Positions 1 to 10,966 of a DNA stretch of 64,000 nucleotides are shown here, piece by piece. Location of the stretch: the NCBI GenBank assembly GCA_964627095.1, contig CAZVKH010000001.1, positions 86,337 through 150,336 on the forward strand. The letters are read 5' to 3'. A program made the translations under genes and the position numbers. The DNA comes from an uncultured Candidatus Saccharibacteria bacterium (GTDB lineage Bacteria > Patescibacteriota > Saccharimonadia > Saccharimonadales > JAUPVS01). Each line of letters opens with the position of its first letter. Positions within the stretch are counted from its first letter, which is position 1. The notes under the pieces were generated by a model. The model saw nothing but the letters and a program-made list of their open reading frames with translations, was not told the origin of the DNA and did not search any database.

Positions 1-200
1 GCAATAATCACCAGTTCTTTATTGAAATAGAGTAGCAAGGCCATTAACGTACCGACGTGCAGGGCGACATCAAAGCTCAGCCCGGTTTGGGTAACGCCAA
101 AAAAATGATGCGCCAAAACTAAGTGCCCAGAACTTGAAACTGGTACGAACTCGGTAAAACCTTGGATTAGTCCAAGTATGATGGCTTGCAGGATTGTCAT
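1..200 (-). CDS. uppP: undecaprenyl-diphosphate phosphatase (UppP/BacA), N-terminal part only; the gene runs off the left edge
   Basis: Not in the ORF track because it is truncated. Reverse-complement reading from the ATG at 200 gives MTILQAIILGLIQGFTEFVPVSSSGHLVLAHHFFGVTQTGLSFDVALHVGTLMALLLYFNKELVII, the typical UppP N-terminus with the EFxPVSSSGH motif. Confidence 0.85.
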   Translation of the reverse strand, partial: MTILQAIILGLIQGFTEFVPVSSSGHLVLAHHFFGVTQTGLSFDVALHVGTLMALLLYFNKELVII

Positions 201-202
201 TA

Positions 203-655
203 CTACTTAGTATAGCGTTTTTTAAGCAAAGTTAAACGTGGGACAAAGCTTTGGGCGGCGCCTTCTAACCCAAGGACTTTGAGTGAGCCCACCAACACAT
301 ATAGCTGGTCGATTTCTATTGGTTTAAGGCGGCTGTTTTGTTCGGCTTGGGCAAAATAGTAGTCGACTTTTTCGACCAACCACTTTTCTTCGCCCGGTTT
401 AATTTGGTTAGACGCCACGCTGGTAGTCTTTGGCGTTTGCACAACCTCAAGCGAACGAGCTTCGTTGTCACGCTTCTGTAAGTGACCACGTTTTATAAGG
501 TTATTAACATGCAGGGCAACCGTTGCCACCGAGTTATAGTCCAAGCTAGTCATAATCTCGCGGTAGCTGGGACTATAGCCATGTTCGGCAATAAACGCTT
601 CTATAAAAGTAAGTAATTCTTTTTGCTTCTTGGTTGGTCGAGTGGCATCAGGCAT
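203..655 (-). CDS. LexA-type winged-helix DNA-binding protein without a recognisable S24 peptidase domain
   Basis: The N-terminus KKQKELLTFIEAFIAEHGYSPSYREIMTSL..VALHVNNLIKRGHLQKR..RSLEV has the LexA DNA-binding domain layout. The C-terminal 80 aa show no Ser/Lys peptidase signature. The gene overlaps the upstream gtrA stop by 8 nt and ends 2 nt before the uppP ATG. Confidence 0.6.
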   Translation of the reverse strand: MPDATRPTKKQKELLTFIEAFIAEHGYSPSYREIMTSLDYNSVATVALHVNNLIKRGHLQKRDNEARSLEVVQTPKTTSVASNQIKPGEEKWLVEKVDYYFAQAEQNSRLKPIEIDQLYVLVGSLKVLGLEGAAQSFVPRLTLLKKRYTK

Positions 656-1088
656 GGTGTCGCACCCGGCGCTCGTTGGGTTTGCCCTTAAATACCCAGT
701 TGCGATACCAAAAGTAGTTCCAAACTGTAAAGAACCCAGCCGAGATGAATTGGCCGATCGCCACGACTATACCAACTTCTTGCAGACTGCGCAGAATGAC
801 ATAACTTAGTAAGAAGTTAGCCGCCGTGTAAATAACGTACTTGCCGGTAACATAAGTTAGATTGCGACTCTTGGAGCTGGTAAATACCCAGTAGCGCTCC
901 AGAATAAAGTTCAGCGTTACCCCTACCCCATTACCGATTAGGTTAGCCCACCATAAGCCAATCACTGGCGTCAAAAACACGATAAGTATGTAGGCGCTCC
1001 AAAAATAGGCACCACCGCTAACTAGATATTCGGCAATCCGAACCAGTTCGAGTCGTTGTTTCTTTTTGAGTTTTGCTGTTTTTGTCAT
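648..1088 (-). CDS. GtrA family membrane protein (putative Und-P-sugar flippase)
   Basis: 146 aa with four predicted TM helices. The C-terminal WNYFWYRNWVF motif is typical of the GtrA family. Confidence 0.8.
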   Translation of the reverse strand: MTKTAKLKKKQRLELVRIAEYLVSGGAYFWSAYILIVFLTPVIGLWWANLIGNGVGVTLNFILERYWVFTSSKSRNLTYVTGKYVIYTAANFLLSYVILRSLQEVGIVVAIGQFISAGFFTVWNYFWYRNWVFKGKPNERRVRHHA

Positions 1089-1089
1089 G

Positions 1090-2400
1090 TCAGGTATTTT
1101 TACTGTGCTTAAGCTTTAGTATATCAGGTAGTGTCATGGCCGCACCAGCCAGGCCCCACCAGATAATACTCAGGGCATCGTCGGTCCAGGCATGAGAAAT
1201 CAGATTAATCACCGTAATTCCAACCAGACTGGCAAACAATACCTGCGCCAGCGCATTTTTAGAGCGCAGTAACTGCTTACCAACTAATACTGTAATAGCC
1301 ACAAACAAAGCCATGCCAACTATGCCAACTTCTTGGCCAATTTGCAGATAGTAGTTTTCGGCAATCCGGGCCGGTTGATCATTGCGGAAAGAGGCCGGGC
1401 CGGCTGTGCCCGGACCAGCCCCAAGCGGTTGTTGGATAATTTCGCGACTAGCCGCCTTTAGCGATGAAAGCCTCTGTTCGTTACTGCTAACCGAAGATTG
1501 CGAAGTTTCGTCGGAATGAAAGACAGTGTTTTGAACAAAGTTATTGTCGCGCAGCAGCCAAATGCCAGAGACAGCTAGAACAAGGCCAATCCCGCCCATC
1601 ACAATCAGACCATGGCGTTGCTCGCTATTGACTTGGCGCCATAAAAAGACCGCCCCGGCGACGGCCAAACCAATCCAGGCGCTACGCGAATAGGTAAAGA
1701 AAAGCGTTAGTAACGCCAAAACGATGAAACCAACCAACACCATATGCCGCCGAACAAAGGCTAGGGCCGTTAGAATTGGAATAATTAAGTAGGCCCCCAG
1801 CGGGTTGGCGCCGCGCAAGGTACTTTGAATGCGCTGATAGGCCAGCTTTTGGTCAACAGTAGCCACCGGGCTGATTGTGTCAGGACCGTAACCAAAGTGT
1901 CTTAAAAAGTCACTGGGCAATAATAATCGCTGAGCAATACCAAAAACCACCACCAAACTGGCCGGTAATAGGACAATCTTAGGCCACCACTGGCGCACCC
2001 GGGGATCAAACGAACAGATTGCCCAGACTGTTAAAAAGAACCACAAAAAACGAATGTTAGTTATCAGGCTAAACCAGACCGCACTAGGCGTGGTACTACC
2101 TTGCATAAGTTCAAGTCCGGCATAGGTCGCAAAAAACACACCGTATAACACCACGCAGCGCACTAACCAGCTCTGTTGCCAACGACGTAAAAGCGACTTA
2201 TTTTGATACACCAAGGTCGCTCCATAAACCCCGAGTGGCAGCATAATCAGCTCTTTAATAACTCTAAAAAGGTCTAGGTGACTAAAGTTACTACCAGCCC
2301 AAGTGGTAAGCAGGGTATTGAACGGCACTAAGGTTAATATGGCTACAATCGCGTAGGTCGCCACGGTGGTTCTTCTTGAGGGGGCTACAGATTGCTTCAT
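1090..2400 (-). CDS. O-antigen ligase / Wzy_C family polytopic membrane protein
   Basis: 436 aa with about 10-12 TM segments. The central loop region (QRIQSTLRGANPLGAYL ... FTYSRSAWIGL) resembles the Wzy_C/O-antigen-ligase domain. The gene sits in a glycan locus. Confidence 0.7.
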   Translation of the reverse strand: MKQSVAPSRRTTVATYAIVAILTLVPFNTLLTTWAGSNFSHLDLFRVIKELIMLPLGVYGATLVYQNKSLLRRWQQSWLVRCVVLYGVFFATYAGLELMQGSTTPSAVWFSLITNIRFLWFFLTVWAICSFDPRVRQWWPKIVLLPASLVVVFGIAQRLLLPSDFLRHFGYGPDTISPVATVDQKLAYQRIQSTLRGANPLGAYLIIPILTALAFVRRHMVLVGFIVLALLTLFFTYSRSAWIGLAVAGAVFLWRQVNSEQRHGLIVMGGIGLVLAVSGIWLLRDNNFVQNTVFHSDETSQSSVSSNEQRLSSLKAASREIIQQPLGAGPGTAGPASFRNDQPARIAENYYLQIGQEVGIVGMALFVAITVLVGKQLLRSKNALAQVLFASLVGITVINLISHAWTDDALSIIWWGLAGAAMTLPDILKLKHSKNT

Positions 2401-2426
2401 AGGTGTTACAATCTAGTATATAGCGT

Positions 2427-3866
2427 ATGAAGAATAATGCCTCTTTCGTCTATAGTTTTTGTCTAGTCATCGGCGATTTTCTTGCCCTGGTGGCAGCTTT
2501 TATCGGTGCCTACCTGCTACGGGTGACTTTTAGCGACAAGGCCATCAGCCAACCAGTTTCCGCTCTTACCTACTTTGAGCTATTCTTGCTACTCACCCCT
2601 TTCTGGATTCTGATTTTTGGACTACTTGGCTTATACACCCGTAACATCTACGAAAAGCGCTTTAGCGAACTCGGTCGCCTGTTTATTGGGTCATTTGTTG
2701 GGCTACTCTTTGTTATCTCGATTGACTTTGTTTCGGTTAAGCCAATATTCCCAGCTAAGCTGGTCCCTATCTACGGCTTTGTGCTGGCCTTTGTATTTTT
2801 AGTAATCATCCGCAACCTAGCCCGCTATATTAGAACTGTCCTATTTAGCTACAACGTTGGTATTAGTAATGTGCTGATTATTGGCGACACCGAGATTACC
2901 GAAGAGCTGGTCAATTCATTGCGCGACAGCAAGACCTCGGGCTATCGGGTGGTTGGCATTATTAGTGGCGGACGGTTTGCCCAGAAACACTTTAAGGATA
3001 TTACGGTATTCAATAACGCCCAGCAGGCCTTCCGGGCACTGTCGGCCGAAAAGGTTCATGGCATCGTCCAGACCGAGCTTTACACCGACACCGACCGTAA
3101 CAACGAGGTCCTTAACTTTGCTCAAGAGCACCACATTTCCTACCGCTTCATCCCGGGCAACACCGAACTATTTGTCGGTAACATCGAAGTTGATCTGTTT
3201 CGATCATCAGTACCGGTTATTACCGTTCACCAAACACCACTGATTGGTTGGGGACGAATTGTAAAACGGCTGTTTGACCTGGCACTAGTGTTGCCAGCGA
3301 TTATTTTATTCAGCCCAGTCATGTTGATAATTGCCCTGCTAATTAAGCTGTTTGGTGGCAAGGGTGAAGTGCTATACAAGCAGACACGCCTAACCCGCTA
3401 CAACCGCGAGTTTAAGGCATATAAGTTTAGAAGTTTGCGCAAAGAGTATCACGGCATAACACCAGAAGAAGCTTTTGAAAAAATGGGCAAGCCACAGCTA
3501 TCTAAAAAGTACCGCGAAAATGGCAACTTTCTGACTAACGATCCACGTATTAGTGGTATCGGTCGTTTCTTACGGCGCACCAGTTTAGACGAACTACCGC
3601 AACTGTTTAATATTTTAAAGGGTGACATTAGCCTGGTTGGACCACGTGCACTGGTCCCTCAAGACCTTAGCGCTTACGAGAAACGCCATGCTATCTTGAG
3701 CGTAAAATCTGGTTTAACTGGTCTAGCCCAAGTCTCGGGCCGAAACAATATTAGTTTCGAGGAACGCCGTAAGCTCGACATTTACTACGTCCAAAACTGG
3801 ACCTTCTGGATGGATATTGTGATCTTACTCAAAACCTTCCGTGTAATTTTGGGTGGTGACCGCTAA
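2427..3866 (+). CDS. polyprenyl glycosylphosphotransferase (WbaP-like initiating sugar transferase)
   Basis: It has an N-terminal TM bundle and a central Rossmann-like region. The C-terminal bacterial sugar transferase domain reads RLFDLALVL..SPVMLIIALLIKL..YKQTRLT..FKAYKFRSL..DPRISGIGRFLRRTSLDELPQLFNILKGDISLVGPRA. Confidence 0.85.
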   Translation: MKNNASFVYSFCLVIGDFLALVAAFIGAYLLRVTFSDKAISQPVSALTYFELFLLLTPFWILIFGLLGLYTRNIYEKRFSELGRLFIGSFVGLLFVISIDFVSVKPIFPAKLVPIYGFVLAFVFLVIIRNLARYIRTVLFSYNVGISNVLIIGDTEITEELVNSLRDSKTSGYRVVGIISGGRFAQKHFKDITVFNNAQQAFRALSAEKVHGIVQTELYTDTDRNNEVLNFAQEHHISYRFIPGNTELFVGNIEVDLFRSSVPVITVHQTPLIGWGRIVKRLFDLALVLPAIILFSPVMLIIALLIKLFGGKGEVLYKQTRLTRYNREFKAYKFRSLRKEYHGITPEEAFEKMGKPQLSKKYRENGNFLTNDPRISGIGRFLRRTSLDELPQLFNILKGDISLVGPRALVPQDLSAYEKRHAILSVKSGLTGLAQVSGRNNISFEERRKLDIYYVQNWTFWMDIVILLKTFRVILGGDR

Positions 3867-4943
3867 GTGAAGGTCGCGATTGTTCACGACTGGTTTGTCG
3901 GTGGCGGTGCCGAAAAGGTGGTTTTAGAAATCAGCCGGATGTACCCCGACGCGCCCATCTATACATCTTATTGCTCGCCAGAATGGCGCCAAAAACTAGC
4001 ACCGGCCAAAGTTATTACCGGCTACTTGCAACACTTCCCGCGCTTGCGTAAGTTTCTACCGCCGCTACGCGCCCACTGGTTTAGCCATTTAGATTTTAGT
4101 AATTATGATTTAGTAATTAGCAGTTCTGGCGCCGAAGCCAAGGGTATTAAAGTGCCGGCCGGAACAGTTCATGTTAATTACTGTCATGCCCCTACCCACT
4201 ACTACTGGAGTCGCTACGACGAGTATATTAAGAATCCGGGCTTTGGCATCTTTAACTGGCTGGCCCGTATCGGGTTAAAACTGCTCCTTGGACCAATGCG
4301 GCGCTGGGATTATAAAGCCGCCCAACGTCCCGATCATATAATTGCTAACTCGGGCTACATTAAAGAACAAATCAAGCAGTACTACGACCGCGATGCCACC
4401 GTTATTCATCCACCAGTTGATGTCGAGCGTTTTGCCGGGCCAGAACACGCCCGCGCCGGCTTTGTGGTAGCCGGCCGTCAAACGCCTTACAAGCGCTTTG
4501 ACCTAGCTGTCGCCGCCTGTACCGAGCTAGAACTGCCCTTGTTAGTTATTGGTCGCGGACCCGACCATAAACGATTGGTAGCCATGGCTGGTCCTACAGT
4601 TCAATTCGTCACCGACGCTAGCGACCAAGATATAGTTGCCCACTTTCAGCATGCTGAGGCTTTCATCTTCCCTGGGCTGGACGACTTTGGCATTGTCGCC
4701 GTCGAGGCCATGGCCGCCGGCACAACAGTAATTGCCTACAAAGACGGCGGCGCCCTAGACTACGTGGTGCCCGGCAAGACCGGTGAGTTTTTTGCGGAGC
4801 CGACGGTTACCAGCCTAGCAAAAATTCTTAAGCATTTTTCTAGCACCAACTACACAAGCAAAGCTAGCTCAACACATGCAGCCAAGTACTCTCCCAAAAA
4901 ATTTCGAGAAAATTTTACGTCATATATGAAGAAGTTTGTTTAA
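3867..4943 (+). CDS. glycosyltransferase family 4 (GT-B, GT1-type)
   Basis: A GTG start lies directly after the upstream stop. The sequence MKVAIVHDW..GGAEKV with a C-terminal EAFIFPG..DFGIVAVEAMAAGTTVIAY..GGALDYV..GKTGEFF is typical of GT4 retaining transferases. Confidence 0.8.
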   Translation: MKVAIVHDWFVGGGAEKVVLEISRMYPDAPIYTSYCSPEWRQKLAPAKVITGYLQHFPRLRKFLPPLRAHWFSHLDFSNYDLVISSSGAEAKGIKVPAGTVHVNYCHAPTHYYWSRYDEYIKNPGFGIFNWLARIGLKLLLGPMRRWDYKAAQRPDHIIANSGYIKEQIKQYYDRDATVIHPPVDVERFAGPEHARAGFVVAGRQTPYKRFDLAVAACTELELPLLVIGRGPDHKRLVAMAGPTVQFVTDASDQDIVAHFQHAEAFIFPGLDDFGIVAVEAMAAGTTVIAYKDGGALDYVVPGKTGEFFAEPTVTSLAKILKHFSSTNYTSKASSTHAAKYSPKKFRENFTSYMKKFV

Positions 4944-5323
4944 AAACGTAACTCTTCACGCTGGTCTTTAAAAACTAGAAGATGGATATGATAGTGGCCT
5001 GGTTTAGATTGTCGCTTCCCAAAGTTAACCATCGAACAGTCATAATCTTCAGCGATTTCCGCCAATATTAGTTCCATCTCATCCTTTTCGACCTTGCTCA
5101 ACTCTGCATACGTAGCTTGTTTTTTTGGGATTAACAGATGGTGAACCTTAAATGCCCCGGAGTACGGAAATTTATTCTCTATAATTGCCCAGTATTTCCA
5201 GGTCTTAAGTTTAGGCTCATGAATTAACGGAACAGATTCTCCACGTTTTTTTCGATCTCTATACTGCAGCTCGTCTTCTAATGTTCTTAACGATACCGGT
5301 ACAACTTGATTATCAACAGTCAT
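4940..5323 (-). CDS. HIT-like (histidine triad) family protein
   Basis: 127 aa with a C-terminal GHYHIHLLVF that matches the HxHxHxx histidine triad. Substrate is unknown. Confidence 0.55.
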   Translation of the reverse strand: MTVDNQVVPVSLRTLEDELQYRDRKKRGESVPLIHEPKLKTWKYWAIIENKFPYSGAFKVHHLLIPKKQATYAELSKVEKDEMELILAEIAEDYDCSMVNFGKRQSKPGHYHIHLLVFKDQREELRF

Positions 5324-5436
5324 GACTATACTAAATCCTTTGTATAAAATTGTACTCTCTATAATCTGTTGGGCAAGACCTATTTATAGGAGAGGAAATT
5401 GTCTATACTATCGTTAGCACCTAAACGGGAGGCAAC

Positions 5437-6786
5437 GTGTCGGATACAATTAACCCAGAAATTTTTAAAGCTTACGACGTGCGCGGTAAAGTAGGTAGCG
5501 ATCTGACCGCCTCTGTCACTAAAAAAATCGGGCGGGCGGCGGCTGAATGGCTTCCAACCGAAGGCGTGGTTGCGGTTGGTCGCGACATGCGTCCGGACTC
5601 CGCCGAACTGGCACAGGGTGTTATTGATGGACTCATAGCACAAGGACGCGCTGTCTGGGATATTGGCGAAGTTACTAGTGATATGATTTATTTCGCAGTT
5701 GGCCACCACAAGTTAGCCGGCGGCATAATGATTACTGCCAGCCATAACCCCGGGGAATACAACGGCATAAAGTTTTGTCGTGAGGAGGCCAAACCAATTG
5801 GAATCGAGTCTGGTTTATTTGACATCCGCGATCTTGCAATCAAGAATGACTGGCCTACCAAAACACCTGGCTCTTGTACACAAAAGGATGTTACAGAAGA
5901 TTGGATAACACATGTTTTGTCGTTCGTCGAAACCGATGCGTTAAAGCCATTTAAAGTTGTCGTCGACGCCGGTAATGGCATGGCGGGTAAAATATTCCCC
6001 GAACTTGAGCCGCACGTTCCTTTTGATGTCACCGAGATGTATTTTGAACTCGATGGTACCTTTCCTAACCATGTGGCTAACCCGATAGAACCCGAGAATA
6101 TCAAAGATCTAATTGCCCGCGTCCTCGAAGAAAAGGCCGATGTCGGTTTGGCTTTTGATGGCGATGGCGACCGTGCGGTATTGGTTGATGAGAAGGGTGT
6201 CGCCATAGAAGGCACGGTTATGACTGCCCTGCTTGCTAAGTATTTTTTACAGAAAAATCCTGGTGCTACTATTTTGTATAACGCGACTTGCGGTTGGATA
6301 GTTCCCGAAACAATCGAAAAGTATGGCGGTAAAGCTATTCGCACCAAAGTTGGACACTCCTTCATCAAAGCCGAAATGCGCACTAACCAAGCGACTTTTG
6401 CCGGTGAAAGTAGCGGTCACTTCTACTTTAAGGATAACTTTATGGCTGACTCTGGCTTAATTGCCGCCATGGCTGCTCTGGCGGTACTGTCTGACGCTGA
6501 CAAAACTTTGTCGGAACTTGCTGATGAATTTAGGATTTACCCGCATATTCCCGAAACTAATTTTGAAGTTGCTGACAAGCAAGCCATTATTGACGCAGTC
6601 ACAGAAAACTTTAAAGAGGCCAACCAAGACCAGCTGGATGGTCTTACGGTTTGGCTAGACGAAGCCTGGTGTAATATTCGAGCCAGCAACACTGAGCCAA
6701 TTCTTAGGCTAAATGCCGAGGGCCGCAACCAAGCAGCACTTGACGAGCTTGTAGCAAAAGTTACGGCAGTTATTGAAAAATATTAG
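5437..6786 (+). CDS. phosphomannomutase / phosphoglucomutase
   Basis: GTG start. It carries the active-site loop TASHNPGEYNGIKF, the metal loop FDGDGDR and the sugar-binding GESSGH. At 449 aa it matches the alpha-D-phosphohexomutase family. Confidence 0.9.
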   Translation: MSDTINPEIFKAYDVRGKVGSDLTASVTKKIGRAAAEWLPTEGVVAVGRDMRPDSAELAQGVIDGLIAQGRAVWDIGEVTSDMIYFAVGHHKLAGGIMITASHNPGEYNGIKFCREEAKPIGIESGLFDIRDLAIKNDWPTKTPGSCTQKDVTEDWITHVLSFVETDALKPFKVVVDAGNGMAGKIFPELEPHVPFDVTEMYFELDGTFPNHVANPIEPENIKDLIARVLEEKADVGLAFDGDGDRAVLVDEKGVAIEGTVMTALLAKYFLQKNPGATILYNATCGWIVPETIEKYGGKAIRTKVGHSFIKAEMRTNQATFAGESSGHFYFKDNFMADSGLIAAMAALAVLSDADKTLSELADEFRIYPHIPETNFEVADKQAIIDAVTENFKEANQDQLDGLTVWLDEAWCNIRASNTEPILRLNAEGRNQAALDELVAKVTAVIEKY

Positions 6787-7815
<1,029 letters not shown>

Positions 7816-8388
7816 ATGCCTTTTGACCCCGCCAACCATTCAGAACTGAAGGTTACAGAAACAAACATACCTGGCTTTCTCATAATTGATCTCCAAGTAC
7901 ATGGTGACAACCGAGGCTGGTTTAAAGAAAATTATCAAAAAGAAAAGCTCGAAAAACTTGGTTTGCCAAAATTTGAAATCGTCCAAAACAACTTTTCTTA
8001 TAATGAAGAAAAAGGAGTAACACGAGGTCTACACGCCGAACCTTGGGAAAAGTTTGTTTCGGTTGCTAACGGAAGTGTTTTCGGGGCCTGGGTTGATCTG
8101 CGTAAAGGCGATAGCTTCGGCCAAACATTAACACTCGAAATTGATCCTGGGAAAGCTGTGTTCGTGCCACGTGGCGTGGCTAACGGCTATCAAACACTTG
8201 AGGCCAATATAACCTACACATATTTGGTTAACGACCATTGGTCACCAACCACAAATTACACATTCGTAAACCTATTCGACCCAGCACTAGCGATCAACTG
8301 GCCGATCAGCCAAGAACAGGCAATCGTTTCCGATAAAGACCTGAATCACCCTTTACTAAAAGACGTGCTACCAATGGAGGTAATTTGA
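7816..8388 (+). CDS. rfbC: dTDP-4-dehydrorhamnose 3,5-epimerase
   Basis: A 190-aa cupin with HGDNRGWFKENY..RGLHAEPW..FVPRGVANGYQTL. It abuts rfbB and overlaps rfbD by 4 nt. Confidence 0.9.
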   Translation: MPFDPANHSELKVTETNIPGFLIIDLQVHGDNRGWFKENYQKEKLEKLGLPKFEIVQNNFSYNEEKGVTRGLHAEPWEKFVSVANGSVFGAWVDLRKGDSFGQTLTLEIDPGKAVFVPRGVANGYQTLEANITYTYLVNDHWSPTTNYTFVNLFDPALAINWPISQEQAIVSDKDLNHPLLKDVLPMEVI

Positions 8389-9233
8389 TGAATATATTTA
8401 TAGTCGGGGCAAACGGTCAATTAGGAACCGCTTTGCGCAACCAATATCCGGAAGCTACATTTGCTGATGTTGGTGAGCTAGATATAACCGATAAAAAATC
8501 AGTTGAGTCTTTCGATTGGACCGGAGTCGAAGTAATTCTTAATGCCGCTGCCTACACAAACGTTGATGGTGCTGAATCTGCCGAAGGTCGTGTTGCAGCC
8601 TGGAAAGTTAATGCCACAGCCGTTGGCTACCTTGCAGCAGTTTCTCGCCAAAATAACATTACACTTGTACACATTTCTACTGACTACGTTTTTGATGGCA
8701 CTCAGACCGAACACAACGAAGATGAGTCTTTTTCTCCACTGAGCGTTTACGGGGCCAGTAAAGCTGCTGGTGACTTACTCGTTTGTCAATTACCAAAGCA
8801 CTACATCATCCGTACTTCTTGGGTAATCGGTGAAGGTAAAAACTTTGTTAGAACTATGCTGGCTGTTGGCCAAAAGGGTATTAACCCAACGGTTGTAGCC
8901 GATCAAGTTGGACGCCTCACCTTTACCATCGAACTTGTCCGGGCAATTGATCACTTGCTCACCAACCAAGCCCCAGCCGGAACTTACAATGTCAGTAACA
9001 GTGGCGAATCGGTCAGCTGGGCAGACATTACTCGCGAAATCTACAAGCAAGCTAACCTCAAACAATCCGTCACCGATACCACCACGGCCGAGTACTTTGC
9101 TGGTAAAGAAGGCATTGCGCCGCGGCCACTAAGTAGCACTCTTATGCTTGATAAAATTCAGGCTACGGGGTTTACTTCTCATGACTGGAAAGATGATTTA
9201 AGTGAATACTTGGCAAAGGAGCTTGCACAATGA
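8385..9233 (+). CDS. rfbD: dTDP-4-dehydrorhamnose reductase
   Basis: It has [20 protein letters not shown] and [11 protein letters not shown] (YxxxK). The ATGA overlaps with both neighbours indicate translational coupling. Confidence 0.9.
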   Translation: MMNIFIVGANGQLGTALRNQYPEATFADVGELDITDKKSVESFDWTGVEVILNAAAYTNVDGAESAEGRVAAWKVNATAVGYLAAVSRQNNITLVHISTDYVFDGTQTEHNEDESFSPLSVYGASKAAGDLLVCQLPKHYIIRTSWVIGEGKNFVRTMLAVGQKGINPTVVADQVGRLTFTIELVRAIDHLLTNQAPAGTYNVSNSGESVSWADITREIYKQANLKQSVTDTTTAEYFAGKEGIAPRPLSSTLMLDKIQATGFTSHDWKDDLSEYLAKELAQ

Positions 9234-10093
9234 AGGGTATAATTTTAGCGGGCGGGTCAGGCACACGTTTGTACCCGATTACAAAAGGTATTTCCAAGCA
9301 GTTGATGCCGATTTATGACAAACCAATGATTTACTACCCATTATCAACCTTGATGATGGCTGGGATTAAAGATATTCTCATTATCACCACACCCCATGAC
9401 CAAGACCAGTTCCAACGGCTACTAGGAAACGGTAATGAGCTTGGTATTAACATCGAATATGCTATTCAGGAAAGCCCTGATGGCCTAGCACAAGCTTTTA
9501 TTATTGGCGAAGAGTTCATCGGCAACGATAAGGTCGCCCTTATTCTAGGTGACAACATTTTTTATGGTCATGGTTTTGGTAACAGCCTCAAGGATTGTGC
9601 CGACCCCGATGGCGGTGTCGTATTTGCTTATCAAGTTTCCGACCCCGAACGCTATGGCGTGGTCGAATTCGATAGCGAGTTCAAGGCAATCTCTGTTGAA
9701 GAAAAGCCCGAAAAACCCAAATCAAACTATGCAATCGTTGGTCTCTACTTTTATGACAACAGTGTTATTGAAATAGCCAAAAACATTAAGCCCAGCAATC
9801 GTGGTGAACTCGAAATCACAACAGTCAACGAAGAATACCTTAAACAAAATAAGCTCAAAGTTCAAATAATGGACCGTGGATCTGCTTGGCTAGATACGGG
9901 TACTTTTGAGTCGATGAGTGACGCCAGCGAATATATTAAAGTTATCGAGAAGCGCCAAGGCATTAAGATCGGTTGTATTGAGGAAGTCGCTTTCCGCCAA
10001 GGCTTCATTAACGCTGAGCAACTACAGCAGCTTGCCGAACCATTGAAAAAGAGTGGTTACGGGAAGTATTTAACAGGAATCATAGGAAGCTAA
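9230..10093 (+). CDS. rfbA: glucose-1-phosphate thymidylyltransferase
   Basis: [46 protein letters not shown] is the canonical RmlA N-terminus. Length is 287 aa. Confidence 0.95.
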   Translation: MKGIILAGGSGTRLYPITKGISKQLMPIYDKPMIYYPLSTLMMAGIKDILIITTPHDQDQFQRLLGNGNELGINIEYAIQESPDGLAQAFIIGEEFIGNDKVALILGDNIFYGHGFGNSLKDCADPDGGVVFAYQVSDPERYGVVEFDSEFKAISVEEKPEKPKSNYAIVGLYFYDNSVIEIAKNIKPSNRGELEITTVNEEYLKQNKLKVQIMDRGSAWLDTGTFESMSDASEYIKVIEKRQGIKIGCIEEVAFRQGFINAEQLQQLAEPLKKSGYGKYLTGIIGS

Positions 10094-10966
10094 ATGCAAA
10101 AGTGCTCTGTTTGCCACCAAGAAACAACCGAAGTCTACCGAAGTGACGTTAAGTCTGTCTATAGCGACAAAGCTTACGACATTCTGCGTTGCACTAACTG
10201 TCAACACTACTTTACAAACCCGGTCTTCACGCAGGACGAACTAAGTGATATCTATTCAAATAAGTATTCTTACGATGCCCACTCGTTAATCGAAAAAGAA
10301 AAGCGCATGCGAGCACGTAACTATGCCGACTATATTTCTAAACTACATGGCGTTTCTTCGGCCCTTGAAGTTGGTTGTATGCATGGAATCCTGCTGACAG
10401 AGCTTAAGGCAAAGGGATTAAAGAAAGTTTCTGGTGTTGAGCTCGACCCGGAGGCGGTTAAGTTCTGTAAAGATCTTGGGCTTGATGTAACGCAAAGTTC
10501 AATTGAAGACCACCTCGAAAAGGCCGACTCTAAGCACGATGTCATTATCATGAGCCACGTCATCGAACATATCGCCGATCCCAAAGAACAGCTCAGTGCT
10601 CTTCGCGAAAGAATGCCCGACAAAGGTCGCTTGGTTTTGATCACGCCAAACTCAAAGTCGGCTACCCGAAATATCTTCGGCAAATTCTGGGGTTACTGGC
10701 AAGTGCCGGTTCATATTAACCACTTCAACATACATTCTATGCAGCATTTACTCGAAGAAGCTGGCTTCAAAATCACCGACAAAAAATTCTATGGTGGTGA
10801 TTCATTGTTTTTCCTATCTACAATTGCCAATATGCTCGGTTCGACGGACGGCACAAAAAGCCTATCTCGCCCTAAACGTGCCCTGGTTAAAGTTGCGACT
10901 GTAGTACTTAAGCCTTGGTACTTTATTGGTAGTGAAGATATGGTTGTTGTGGCAGCTAAGGCTTAG
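10094..10966 (+). CDS. class I SAM-dependent methyltransferase with an N-terminal CxxC...CxxC zinc-ribbon
   Basis: CSVCHQ..(17)..CTNCQH is followed by the SAM motif I ALEVGCMHG and the post-I region VSGVELD. It lies in the glycan locus. Confidence 0.8.
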   Translation: MQKCSVCHQETTEVYRSDVKSVYSDKAYDILRCTNCQHYFTNPVFTQDELSDIYSNKYSYDAHSLIEKEKRMRARNYADYISKLHGVSSALEVGCMHGILLTELKAKGLKKVSGVELDPEAVKFCKDLGLDVTQSSIEDHLEKADSKHDVIIMSHVIEHIADPKEQLSALRERMPDKGRLVLITPNSKSATRNIFGKFWGYWQVPVHINHFNIHSMQHLLEEAGFKITDKKFYGGDSLFFLSTIANMLGSTDGTKSLSRPKRALVKVATVVLKPWYFIGSEDMVVVAAKA

